Below are positions 53,011 to 64,000 of a DNA stretch of 64,000 bases, in pieces. The notes under the pieces are model-generated. The model had not been told where the DNA came from and did not search any database. It saw only the letters and a list, made by a program, of their open reading frames with translations. Source of the DNA: Vicugna vicugna (lineage: Eukaryota); assembly GCA_013265495.1 (NCBI GenBank), contig MU058423.1, positions 5,314,745 through 5,378,744 on the forward strand. Direction: 5' to 3'. Position 1 is the stretch's first letter; each line of letters begins with the position of its first letter. The position numbers and the translations under genes were made by a program.

Positions 53011-53176
53011 TCTTATATTCCTAGATCAAATAAGATGATATGATGATATTAATATGATATGAGAAATTGGGGAATGCATTTTCCCATCTTATATTCCTAG
53101 ATCAAATAAGATGATATGATGATATTAATATGATATTAATATGATAATATGAGAAATTGGGGAATGCATTTTCCCA
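53011..53176. repeat. Tandem duplication, 76-bp and 90-bp copies
   Basis: TCTTATATTCCTAGATCAAATAAG...GAATGCATTTTCCCA occurs at 53011 and again at 53087. Confidence 0.97.
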
Positions 53177-54399
53177 TGTATATCATACACTTTAAAAGAT
53201 AAGTTGAAAGTTTGAAAAGATATATGATGTAGAGTTTGGAAAAGAATTTGGCAAATAAACTAAAATTAGTACCAATAATGATTACTAGCTTTTATTTGGC
53301 CTTTATACTATGCAGGCATAAATCTGTGGTTCAGTATTTAAATAAAGCATTACCTTTTACGATTCTGATAAAGACCATGGAGTATGTGTATTCATATTTT
53401 AAATATGAGCTAGCTCAGTCTTCTAAAAGTTAACTGACTATTATCATACAACTATTAAGATGAACACAGATGACTTCCTTCCAGAAATGGGCAAAATCTC
53501 CCACAGAGAAGGACTGGAAAACTTGGATTAGATAGGAAAAAAAAATCTGTTTGAAAGCATTGGAGAGCTAATAAGATAAAGATTTATTGGACCAAAGTCT
53601 TGCAAAGGAAATAAAATTGTAAGCCTGGATTTGGGGGCCCCTTTTGCTCTACAGGTTTCTGATTTAAACTGTTCTGATTGAACAAGAAGTAATTAAGAGG
53701 CTGAGCAGTTGAGCAGAACTCTTGACTGACAGGGCAGGTAGGAAGTAATACTTGGACATCAGGGTCTAAAGAATAAGGGAGGAGCCCTAGTTACCATTCT
53801 TGGTTGGACTAAGGAGAAGTATATTCTAAGAGTAAATTATAGCTGGAAATAAATTGGCTACCACAGGCCCTGAGACTTGGCTTCACATTTTCTTAATGGG
53901 AAGTGAATAAATGGATCTGGTATTGCTAGTGCCCCCTCTGAAAGGAAAAAAAAAATTAGACTGGATTTGAATTCATCCCCAAATGTTTTTGATGCCATTT
54001 AATCAAAAATCTTTGAGTGCACAAGGAATCAAATTGGTGTGATTAAAAATAACAGGAGAAGCAACAGACAATATAATTAGTTGTTCAGTTACCTAATGCA
54101 CCCAGGGGAACTGTATTTGAGTCTAGAGGGGCAAGTATTTCTGTAAAAGAGCCTGGCTGTGATTATTGGAACATGGTATTAGCTGAGATTAAATATACAG
54201 AAAACCCATGAAGTTTAGAACTATATTGAGAAACAAAATAAAACACACAACATTCTCTGTAATAAAGAACACCAAGACTATTCTGAATATAAAACGACTT
54301 CTGGGCCGAAAACTTCGTGCAGAAAAGAAGCAGGCTATGAAAGCTCTACATTCAAAAAAACACCACCACATTATCTAGTGTCCCTTTTAGGAAAGACCA

Positions 54400-55305
54400 A
54401 GGAAAACAATAGAAAAGGAAGGACAACCTTAATTACAGAATCTAGCCATTGGAGAAGACTTAATTGTACTGCCATTCCTAGAGAGTGTAACTGGAGTTTA
54501 GTTTAGAGCACTTGGCAAATTTTCAAGTTTTCAAAATTGTTTTGTAGCGACGATTACTATGTGGCTTCCATTCTGTGTTTTGAATGGGAAAGTTTGTTGC
54601 AGCAGTTCTGTCCCTTTCCATCATTGTTTCTAGATGTTTGTATTTGGAGGCAGATAACTTTCTTTTAGTTCATAGGTATCTGTATCATACATCTCATGAA
54701 ATAAAGAACTGGAAGCTTGAAGACATGATTAAGTTAGATTTTTGTTGGCCATGGTAGGGAGAGTATATTTTAATGGTGCAGAGGCGTGAGTAATTGTGAT
54801 GAAAATGATAAATTTTATATATTATCTACTTTAATTCTTTACGCATCCCTGTATCCATGCCTGTTGTAACACTGCAATTCCTCTAGAGATAAACTGTACT
54901 TCACCACCCCTCGAGGTTTGGACTTGGCTCTGTGACATGATTTGATCAAAGGACTATTAGTAACATGACACAAGGAAAAGCTTGAAATGTGCTATGTAGT
55001 AGGGCTTTCCCTCTTGAAACTCTGCCATTGGCAAGTAATGTGAGTCTTATATATAATAGTTGCTGTTCCTTCAGCTTAGACAGGAGTGAACTCACATTGG
55101 CATACGTGAGCCTAGCATGCAGTGAGGAGCCAAGATCAGCCAGCTACATATTTTGAAGAAAAGGCACATAATCAAACCCATACTGTATCAGCTAACCCTC
55201 AGTCAATGCATAGATGAGTATGTGATATTGAACGATTGTTGTTTTAAGCCATGGGCTTGGAGCAATTTGTTACACTGCATTATTGTTTCAGTAGCTGAAA
55301 GTGAT
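54400..55305 (+). mobile_element. MaLR internal 3' region followed by an MLT1G/H-like LTR (about 54815-55305)
   Basis: TTTTGAATGGGA..GGAGGCAGATAACTTTCTTTTAGTTCATAGGT (MLT1-int). LTR end TTGTTGTTTTAAGCCATGG..TTTGTTACACTGCATTATTG. Confidence 0.75.
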
Positions 55306-55309
55306 GACG

Positions 55310-55575
55310 TAAAATATTCACTGCATGATTCTGTTATAGAAAATTTGAAAATAAAACAAACTGAACTTTAATGCTACAAGTAAAAAGAGGTGAGAAAAGA
55401 GAGGTTAATATTTTGGGGAGAGGCATGAGAAAGCTTCTAGGGTGCAGGTAGTTTTTCTGTTTCTTGACCAGGATGATGGTTATATGGGGATTTTTACCTT
55501 TGATGATATATTTGGTTGCATCTTATAATTTATGCACTTTCCTTTAAGTTCATGACATGCGGATATATATTTTAA
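55310..55575 (+). mobile_element. L1ME-type 3' end remnant
   Basis: CTGCATGATTC..GGCATGAGAAAGCTTCTAGGGTGCAGGTAG..TTCTTGACCAGGATGATGGTTATATGGG. Confidence 0.7.
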
Positions 55576-55959
55576 AAGTCCTGTGTTTGTAACTGCTGTG
55601 ACATGTATAGATCAAGCTTTTATGACATCAAGATATATATATAGAGAGAGAGACATTAAAGAATAAATATATCTGTAAATTTTTTTAAAAGATAACATAT
55701 TTAGATATGATTAATGTAGGTGGCCAATCCTCTTGTAAAACCTAGGCATTTATATGTAGAGTTTACAGTATCATAAGTCCCATGGTGAAGAAATGTTCTG
55801 TGACACTCCCTTGGGTACCTCACAACACATCCAGGAAGACCAAAGTAAATTTATTTTTGTAAAAATGAATACAAGTGATTGAGGGAAAGAGTCAGTGACT
55901 TTAAAGTTTTGTTTTTCGTTTGTTTTTACATACAGTGGGAAGAATTAAGCACACTTTTA

Positions 55960-57060
55960 ATCAGGTGTTGGAAATTGGAAGGTTGGTAGGTTCTCTTGGT
56001 TAGATGCACATCAGACATCTAGGCTGATGTCAGGAAGGCAGTTGAGAGTTTGGGAAGGGATGATCAATGAGGCTGTTGTTAATTTCTGTCAGATGGATTG
56101 GCTGTTGTGATAAATCATGTTGGGCTTGATAAGAATATTTGGTGGTGTGGTAGGACAAAAATCTTGAATCGTTCAACATCAAGAGAGAATGAGAGAAGTG
56201 GAACTGGTTGTAATTGGTTTAGAAAATAATTATAAAGAAATTTATTATAAAGAATAGTACAGACTGAAGCACTAGCTGGAGAAAGATACTGGGAAACATG
56301 AGACTTGTCCTAAAGAAGGGAGATGTTAAATACTGCTTATACAATGATAGAAGGTATCCAGTAAAAAATCAATGCCAGTGATAAAGAAGAGAGGCAGAAA
56401 TTGCCCTTGGGATGCCCTTGAGTAGGAAAAAAGGGGGTAGGACTTGTGCCCAAGTGGAACCTGCAGTCATCCTTTCTAAGAAAAATATCAGAGCGCATAT
56501 TTAAAGATTCAGATGCAGTGATGTTACTTATGGAGAGATATGATGGAAACCCTCTTCTACTTATTTCTATCCTCTCATTGAAAATTAGATATACTTTTAT
56601 CACTTGTGAGCTGAGAAGGGGCATAACTATTAAAAGTTTAAAGAGAGAAAAGTTTGTATAAGGAGTGAATGTTTGGTAAATATCACAGAATTGATGGATA
56701 GTACTGGTGTCTATTTGATGTTGGTGGTCATAAAAATAAAGTAAGAGCAGTCATCAGGGGTATGCATTTTTCTCCAGCCTTGTTTAGCTGTCCTGAAGAA
56801 GTTGTAAATAGACAGAAATTCAGATTTAACTAGATTGGTGTTTTGCCAGACCAGAGTTAACAGAGATAAAAAGGAATAAGGGTGTATGCCAAGAATTGAT
56901 TATAATAACAACTCATGTAGGCTGGATAAGGAGAGATGTGAAGATATTATGGGGCTGTGGAACCCTGGAAAGCTGACAAAGTCAAGAGATGAAAGTTGCA
57001 AGTTGAGTGGTATGGAAAGGAGTGAGAAAGTGACTGTGCCAGAGAGTTTTTAATGGTGTC
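55960..57060 (-). mobile_element. LINE-2 remnant
   Basis: Purine-rich antisense L2 pattern, e.g. GGTGTGGTAGGACAAAAATCTTGAAT..AAGAGAGAATGAGAG. Confidence 0.55.
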
Positions 57061-57159
57061 CTGAAAGATTGTATCTTTCAGGGAATGCTTTTAGTTGTAA
57101 GGGAGAATAAAGAAAACAAGAGAACAAAGAGGAATTTTTCTGAAACACACATACACACA

Positions 57160-57690
57160 CATGATCATACAGTATTTCCCATCTAAAAGATTTCAGTAGC
57201 TTCCCGTTTACTTTTAGGGAAAAATCTTTCTTTAAACGTGATTCAAAAAGATTTGCAGGCATTTACATTTACTCACGTCTCAAGTCTCATCTTTGTTTTC
57301 ACATCAGATCCGTCTAACCGTAGATACTCTGCACTTGTGATTACTTCTGTATTTCTTACCTCCCTTCCTCTTCAAATGAACATCTTTATATCCATAGCCA
57401 ACTCCACGCATCATTCCCAAGGAGAGGACCTTCTTGTCCTCCCTGAGTACATCGGTACCCTAACAGATGCTTGTGCATATGGTACCACTTCTCTCTCCTT
57501 CATGGCACTAGCTACCTTTGCAATGTTACGTTTACTTGAATATCCATTTGATTCATACCAGTCTTCCTTTCTAAGACTCTAAAGTCTAGAATGACTGTTA
57601 ATAGGTTATGCTTCTCTTCTTGAATTAATTAAGGAAGTTCCAGGCATGAATTTGGCTTATAGTTATTAAACCAATTAATTGACTAATTTT
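57160..57690 (+). mobile_element. LINE-2 3' remnant
   Basis: TAAAAGATTTCAGTAGCTTCCCGTTTACTTTTAGGGAAAAATC..CTAAGACTCTAAAGTC. Confidence 0.55.
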
Positions 57691-59449
57691 TTTTTTCTAA
57701 AAGATCTCTGAAAATACAGAATTCTGTAAAACCTTAGGGGTTAGACAATAAGCAGACAGAACTAGGGTACATTTGCATGACAACTATTTAAGAAAAGAAA
57801 GGAAACACAGGGAACTCTACCACAGAGGGAGAGAAATATGAGAGGAGATTTCAGGAATAAAATAGTAGGCTTCTGCATTCGAAACATGGCCAATGAAGAG
57901 AACAGATAATAAATAAGAAGAATCAATTCTGTTGTGAATTCTGCTTTTTTCATTTAAGCAAACCTACCCTATCTTTGCCTTCCTCACATTTCACATTTCC
58001 AGTGTGTGCTGCATATTGAAGAAAGCAACCTACTTAGAGTGGTCTTAAAGGTCTCCTGCTTGGTGACCAGAAAATCCACTTATCAAAGAAACTTTATGTG
58101 CCAATGATTTAGACCCGTTCTCCTTTAAATGGAGCACTTGCAATGGCCCTGAAGAATGCTGTTCAAAGTGCAGCCTTTGAGGACACTGGAGTCAAGGCAT
58201 AATGTCACACACTGCTTTCCATTCACAATTCCCTTTGTTACATGTGCTTCAGATTTTCTCTTTCTCTTTTTCTTAAAAGTCTCCAGCATACTTACTTTGG
58301 AGTTCTCCTAGTATTTGAAAACATACCACAGAAATACAGCTGTTTGAGGAAATTTCAAATTATTACAGGTAAAAACAAACTCAGAAAAGACTGTGTTCTC
58401 TTACAGTTCTCAGATTAAATTCATCCTCTGCATAATCCCTTATTGGTTATGAAACCAAGCTTTTATAATCTTGTGACAAGGACAGATCAGGAACCCACAC
58501 AACATTAATTTGTAGATATTAGTTTGCATGTCTCTGGAAAATCCTTCTTGGAAATAAACAAGTATTCTTGTAAAGAGAGATTAAATTTGAGTACATGTTT
58601 GATTTTATGACTGCAGGATGATTTCTATTTATCCAAAAGCATGAGTTGAACAAAGATGTGACATTGCCATTATTAACTTTTGCACATCTTCTATATTACC
58701 TTATGAAAATGATTACTTATCACCCTTTGGTATATTTACATTCGTTTATAGTAAGCCTTTTAGTTTCTCTTTATTTCTAAATAATGCATACTTTATTTGG
58801 GAAAGGAGTTTTAGATAGATTTGGTTTGGCGTATATATTTTTAATATTAAAAGGTAAGAAATATATATTTAAGGCAAAACTATCATAGCCCTTTGTAGAC
58901 TGAACTGAGATTGAATTATATGTTACCGAAATTGATGGTAATTAAAATAGAGACAGCACTGTTCAAATATACAGCATGATCTAAGAAATACAAGTTCCAG
59001 CACTTTTAGGGTTTTGAACGGTTCCACGGTCTGCATCTTCATTCACATTATATCATCCCCATTTCGCAGCAAGACACACAGTCTTTACATATGCCAGTTT
59101 CCCTTTATCTGTCTGTCTGACCTGTGGCTTGGAATGAGATCAGGCTTTCTGGCCCGAATGTAACTTAAGCAGGCCAAAATGTCGGGGACTCCAGTCAGAA
59201 GTCAACCAGCAGGTTCACTTACAATCTTGATGTTTTAACCAAAGCCCGTATACTTTTATTCTGGTTAATCTTTCTCTTTCTTTATATTGAGTATTCCTCT
59301 TAATTTCCTCATATTTCCCAAAATATAATGTGGCTGCACCTATTCACCTTGGAGCTTAGTGTACACTACTTTGTGTAAAACAGTAACTGTACTGTTGAAC
59401 TGTGAGAGTGTCTAGACATGTGTTTTTGGAGGGAATCAGCAGTGAGCAG

Positions 59450-59563
59450 ATGTTCAGCCAGCTGTTTGTGAACAACTCTTCGAAGCTGATTAAGTGGCTT
59501 CACATTGGTGGCTTGCAATCAAATCTGATGGAAGAATTTACACTAAGGCAATCATACAAAGCT
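59450..59563 (+). other. Candidate exon A (ATG to donor; MFSQLFVNNSSKLIKWLHIGGLQSNLMEEFTLRQSYKA)
   Basis: Frame open from 59399, GCT|GTAAGT donor, non-repeat sequence. Weak Kozak context and unclear 5' boundary. Confidence 0.3.
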
Positions 59564-59582
59564 GTAAGTCCGTGTCTGTCGG

Positions 59583-59583
<1 letters not shown>

Positions 59584-59618
<35 letters not shown>

Positions 59619-59620
59619 TC
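59584..59620. repeat. (CTTT)9 microsatellite
   Basis: Perfect tetranucleotide run. Confidence 0.97.
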
Positions 59621-59699
59621 GAGTTTAAAAGCAATGTGCAGGGTAACTTTAACATATGCTCATTTGGAATTTTTTTAAATATTGATTTGGGAAAAATAA

Positions 59700-59828
59700 G
59701 AAAAAAATTGTTTTTGACTGTTTTCACCCTGAAAATCAGAGTTAAGGAGTTGCAACCAAAAGTCAATGGGTCACAAAGCCTAAAAATTTGCTGTTTGGTA
59801 CATTAGAGAAAAAGTTTGCTGACTCTTC
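59700..59828 (+). mobile_element. MER58-like hAT MITE 3' fragment
   Basis: CACAAAGCCTAAAAATTTGCTGTTTGG..AGAAAAAGTTTGCTGACTC. Confidence 0.7.
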
Positions 59829-60219
59829 ACGTAGAAGCTACTCCAGTGATCCGTACTTGGCCTAATAAAACTCAAGCTTTATATTACCTTTTCATTTTGG
59901 TTGTTCATCTTATCTGCTGTGTTGTTGGAAGCATAAATTTGGATTCCAGTTCATACATTATGGAGTCAGTAGGAGGTCATTATCATTTTTAGGAGTACAG
60001 CTAATTTTGATCATTATGATCACATTCCATGGTTATAGATAAATAGGTTGAATTAGATGAGATCTCACATAGCTAATAAAAACAATTCAAAGATATAAAA
60101 TATTCCCCAAGCATTTGCAATTTAACTACAGTTATATCACTTTATGCATTGGGGGAAATAAAAGCAAAAATATGACAGCAAAACCAAAAATTGCTGCTAT
60201 TTTTTCTTTCCTTTGCTAG

Positions 60220-60260
60220 GTAAATAGTTGTAACCAGCTTTAATAATTCACTCTACAGAA
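60220..60260 (+). other. Candidate exon B, 41 nt, with stops in all three frames as written
   Basis: TTTTTTCTTTCCTTTGCTAG|G acceptor and GAA|GTAAGT donor. Confidence 0.4.
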
Positions 60261-61004
60261 GTAAGTATTGGAGGGTGATTCAGAGAGTAACTTCTGAGAT
60301 CAAGATTTACAGATTCACTTTTGCATCAATATAGCTCCTACCTTCTGTTCTAGAATTCATTATGTCCTATGACACTGTTATAATATTTGCAATGAGCCAT
60401 GGTTAAATTTGATATATTGTCTCTGATCCATGACATCTTACTTAGACATTATGAAAAATGCATTGTTTAACAGAGCCTACAGTGATCTGTTTACTTTGGG
60501 AATATTTTAGTCCCTTTAATATAATTTTAAAATATTTATTTAAATGTTGTACATCTTTTCCTGAAATTACTACCTTTTTCTGAGAATATATTTCACATGC
60601 ATTGCTAAAACTTAAACTACAGTTTAAAAGTACTTCCACTTTAATTTTATCTTTTCACCTCAGTAAGAACACTGACAGATATTTTTAGGTTTTTTTGCAG
60701 GGCTAGAGGGGGTTAACCTTTATTGAGCTTATGAATCAGAATAGAAATGTCTGCACAAAACAAAATGTTTGTTACTGTAACTTCTCCATCATAATTCAAG
60801 TACAAAGAGGTTTTTAAAAATAGTCAACTCAATCAAAACCCACTACTTCAGAAAAGCTTTTTTTAAATCATAGTAACACTTAAAATTAAGACTAGAATTC
60901 AAAAATTGGGTTGGTTGGAAAGCTAATTAAACTTGGTCCAAATAGAATTTGGAGTTCCAGCTTGCTCAACTAGAATTAAAACGGCACAGTTTTGTTTTTC
61001 ACAG

Positions 61005-61196
61005 AGATTCGGTCTACTGGAATCACCAACATTGGGCAGCTGTTAGAATACTTAGAATCCGGAGATAATAAGGAATCCAGACATTCTTTAGACAGCCTTC
61101 TGTTGTACTGTTCTCCCAGTCAAAGATCTGTGGGCGTGTGGAATGATAGCAATTATAGCTTTGATGAGAGAGTCCAGTTCTTCATCTTTACAAATA
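61005..61196 (+). other. Candidate exon C, 192 nt, phase 1-1, open (IRSTGITNIGQLLEYLESG...[11 protein letters not shown]), gene unidentified
   Basis: TTTTGTTTTTCACAG acceptor and ATA|GTAAGT donor bracket almost exactly ORF 60992-61204. Confidence 0.45.
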
Positions 61197-61767
61197 GTAA
61201 GTAAGAACTGACTAGGAGTAATGCTCTTTACTAAGTCATTTGATGTGTTTCCTGCCAGGTCAGGTCCTCTCCTGTTAAGTACTCCAGGATGGCTGCACTG
61301 TACACAGTGGCCATTGTACCCACACATCAATGGTTGGTTGTCCTGGATTTTAGGCGCCATGAATATGGCCAAACAAGAACTGCAAGCTGGCCCTCTGTGA
61401 GCAGGAAGCCACATTTGTCTTTACCTTCCCTGAGTTCTTCCAAGCATTGTCACCACCCATTTTAAATTATGCGGGAGCTCCAAACAGAAATGCAGAGAAA
61501 GAGCTGCTCAGGCACCTAGCGAGATCATACTGCCTACTCTTTTCCTGCACCAGGATTCAAACTGCCAGATATTTTGGTCAGAAATTTTATATTCATGTTC
61601 CTAATGAGGAAAATTCAATTATAAAGCTTATAATTTGGAGAAAGTCATATGCAGTTTTAAATGGATAAAAAAGATGAGAGGTTAGGTGGTTTTATTGTTC
61701 CAGTAAAATTCGTCATTTAACTTTCCCTGGAGAACTGACAGTATCTCTAGGATTTCAACACAAGTTT

Positions 61768-63045
61768 GTGACTTCTGGTGCCAATGACAATATGTAAAGG
61801 GCTTGCAAGTCATTGTTCGTGTCCTTACACAAGAAAAATCTGAACAGATTGAAAATGAGCTTGCTGAAAGTCATCAGAAAATTGAGGTTGCAGGGCAGAC
61901 TGCCACCCTGAAATCTGGAGAGACAGGCAAATGCAGAGAGTTACAGTCAAGATCTGCTTACCTGGAGCCGAGGTCACTGGACCCATAAACTGTAGGAAAC
62001 ATTAAATGGTGATGTAACAAATGGCTGGAGTCTGAGCATGCACTAGTGAGTGAGAATCTTCAAGGGCCACAATCTTAGATGGTTCCCACATTTTGTGGGT
62101 TTTACTTCTAGGAACCCTACCAGGTTCTTGTAGTAAAGAACCAAGGAAGACCCTCTGGTGACTTTAGCAGGAATAGAGGAAGAGAAAATATGCTCACGAA
62201 ATTATCTGTCACAAAGACCAACTCTGCAGAGAAAAGAGGTTACCAGAGTCTTATTGCACCTGGAGGGGAGGGGCATTTCTCTCACACCAGCTCCTCTAGC
62301 CTTCCTGTCTCATCTAAGGGAAGGAGAGCTAAGAAACATTTGGCTCATTAAAAGAGTGAGAATTATGCTTAAGATGATAAAATGCTACCCCTCTCCCATA
62401 CCTTACCAAGAGAGCTCTAGTATAATTAAGGTGGGCTACAGCTGAGAGAGCTGCAAAATGCAGGCTCCACTTGAGCAGGCGTTTTCATGGAAGCCCCAGT
62501 CAAAAGCAGAGATAAAAACAAGAGCATCAGAGGAATTTGAAGCCTCTGGCAGTCACAGACTTTGCTTGCTACAACAAACATTAACTCCTATCCAGACTGA
62601 TATTAAACCTCATACTAAAGCCTGTTATCTCAGTTGCTATTACCTAGTGCATCATATTTGGCTTTTAACAAAAAATTAAAAGACATGCTAAAAGGTAAAG
62701 AAAAAACACAACTGAAGAATGAAACAAACAAACAAAACAGAGACATCAATACCAGACTCAAATATGGCACAGATTTTGAAATTAGACAGAAATTTAAAAT
62801 AATTATGGCTAATGTAGTAAGGACTGTAATGCAAAAAGTAGCTAATACACAAGAACTGGTGGGTGATGTATGTAGAGAGATGGAAACTCTAAGATAAATC
62901 ATAATAAAATGCTAGAAATCAAAAACTGTAATAGAAATGAAGAAATCCTTTCATGGGCTCATCAGTAGACAGGATACAGCCAAGCAAAGGATCAGTGAGT
63001 TTGAGGATAAGTCAGAAAATTCCCCTGCTGAAATGCAAAGAATGC
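61768..63045 (+). mobile_element. Old L1 (L1MC/L1MD-type) 5' UTR and ORF1 N-terminal fragment
   Basis: ORF 62634-62897 ending VCREMETLR and downstream GGGCTCATCAGTAGAC (GLISR) match ORF1p. The 5' part is homologous to 44960-46232. Confidence 0.85.
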
Positions 63046-63515
63046 TGTTACTATGAAATAAGGAAAGTGATGTTGGCAGACAGCTCAACAGGTGCTCAAA
63101 GGTGGTGATATGGGTTGACACAAAAAATAATAACCAGAATACCTAATTAGAGTACAGAAAAGATTGTGAAATTAATGGCTTCTACATCTGTGCAACTGCC
63201 CTTTAAAAATGCCCTGCACTTTTCTTCAGTGGCACCAGAAAGACTTGAGCATGTTCTGTATGTCTTAGGCTATTATTTGCTTTTTCTTTTTTTAGTCATG
63301 TCTTAACATTTTATTATTTTCACTTATTTTCTTGTTAGATAATTCTATATTTAGTTTTTATAATTATGTATTATTTAAAATATCCCATGCTCTAACAGTC
63401 AGTGTTTTTAAATTCAGTTATTTAATAAAAACATACAAAGCAAATTAAGCACACATACACACACGATACCTTGGATGAAGTGTAAAGATTTATTCATGAG
63501 AATAGAATTAACGTG

Positions 63516-64000
63516 GTATAAGTCAGGGTTCAGTGAGGAGACAATAACTACACAATAATTTGAACAGAGGAAGTCTGTCATGGAGAATTATTAACAATCG
63601 GCTAGAGTAATGGGAAGTTGCTAATGATATTAAAGTTATAAAAATACAGTAATTGCAGATATAGGGGACAACCACTACCTCTAGGGTTGAGATAGAATGA
63701 CTCTCAAAGTACTCCCCTCCACCCACCAGGGTTGAAATTCAGAAGTTACTGGAGAAAGCACAGCCATGGCTTACTGAATGATGGAGAGTTTGCTGAGGTG
63801 TCACCAGGAGGTGCTGAAGGACCAGGCCTTGGGGTGTCAGAAAAAACGATTCAACTTAGACCTCCCTGTAAAGTCACCTGAGGGGGCGCTAGGGGAAGGC
63901 CGTGCACAGGAAGGTTGTCTTACCTGCGGCGGTTCACTGAAAAGCTGCTGGAAAAAGTACCAGAGGAATCCGCTGGCTCCTGGGTTAGTTGACTGCCAAG
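63516..64000 (-). mobile_element. ERV-L-type LTR, cut by the window end
   Basis: GTATAAGTCAGGGTTCAGTGAGGAGACAATAACTACAC..TTTGAACAGAG, typical antisense ERV-L LTR terminus. Confidence 0.6.

Noticed and set aside
54208..54378. 56-aa basic ORF MKFRTILRNKIKH...
   Set aside because: It lies in A-rich sequence among decayed L1/MaLR fragments, with no recognisable homology or splice context.
1..64000. tRNA, snRNA, rRNA, NUMT, processed pseudogene or a novel multi-gene system
   Set aside because: I recognised no such sequence by eye. Infernal/Rfam and BLASTx would be needed to exclude divergent copies.

Overview
This is AT-rich, CpG-poor mammalian DNA, intergenic or deep intronic, and roughly half of it is recognisable transposable-element remains. 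The young LINE-1 3' ends and the absence of recognisable ruminant, pig or cetacean SINEs suggest a cetartiodactyl, most likely a camelid (inference). The window holds: a MER31/MER4-group ERV1 internal region with its 3' LTR (1-4860); two decayed ERV-L proviruses (5540-7285 minus; 11862-18290 plus, with three nested insertions and dead RT, IN and dUTPase remnants); LINE-1 copies of several ages; L2, MIR, MaLR/MLT1 and MLT2 LTRs; hAT MITEs; microsatellites; and local tandem duplications. I could not identify any known protein-coding gene, RNA gene or CRISPR array, and nearly all ORF-track entries are repeat fragments or chance ORFs. The best unexplained signal is a repeat-poor block at about 58-61.5 kb with three consecutive + strand exon-like segments, each ending in a GTAAGT donor, that would join into a 115-codon open frame if one T were removed. 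I found no convincing novel biological system. Repeat family names come from recalled consensus sequences, not a database search, and boundaries of old repeats are approximate.
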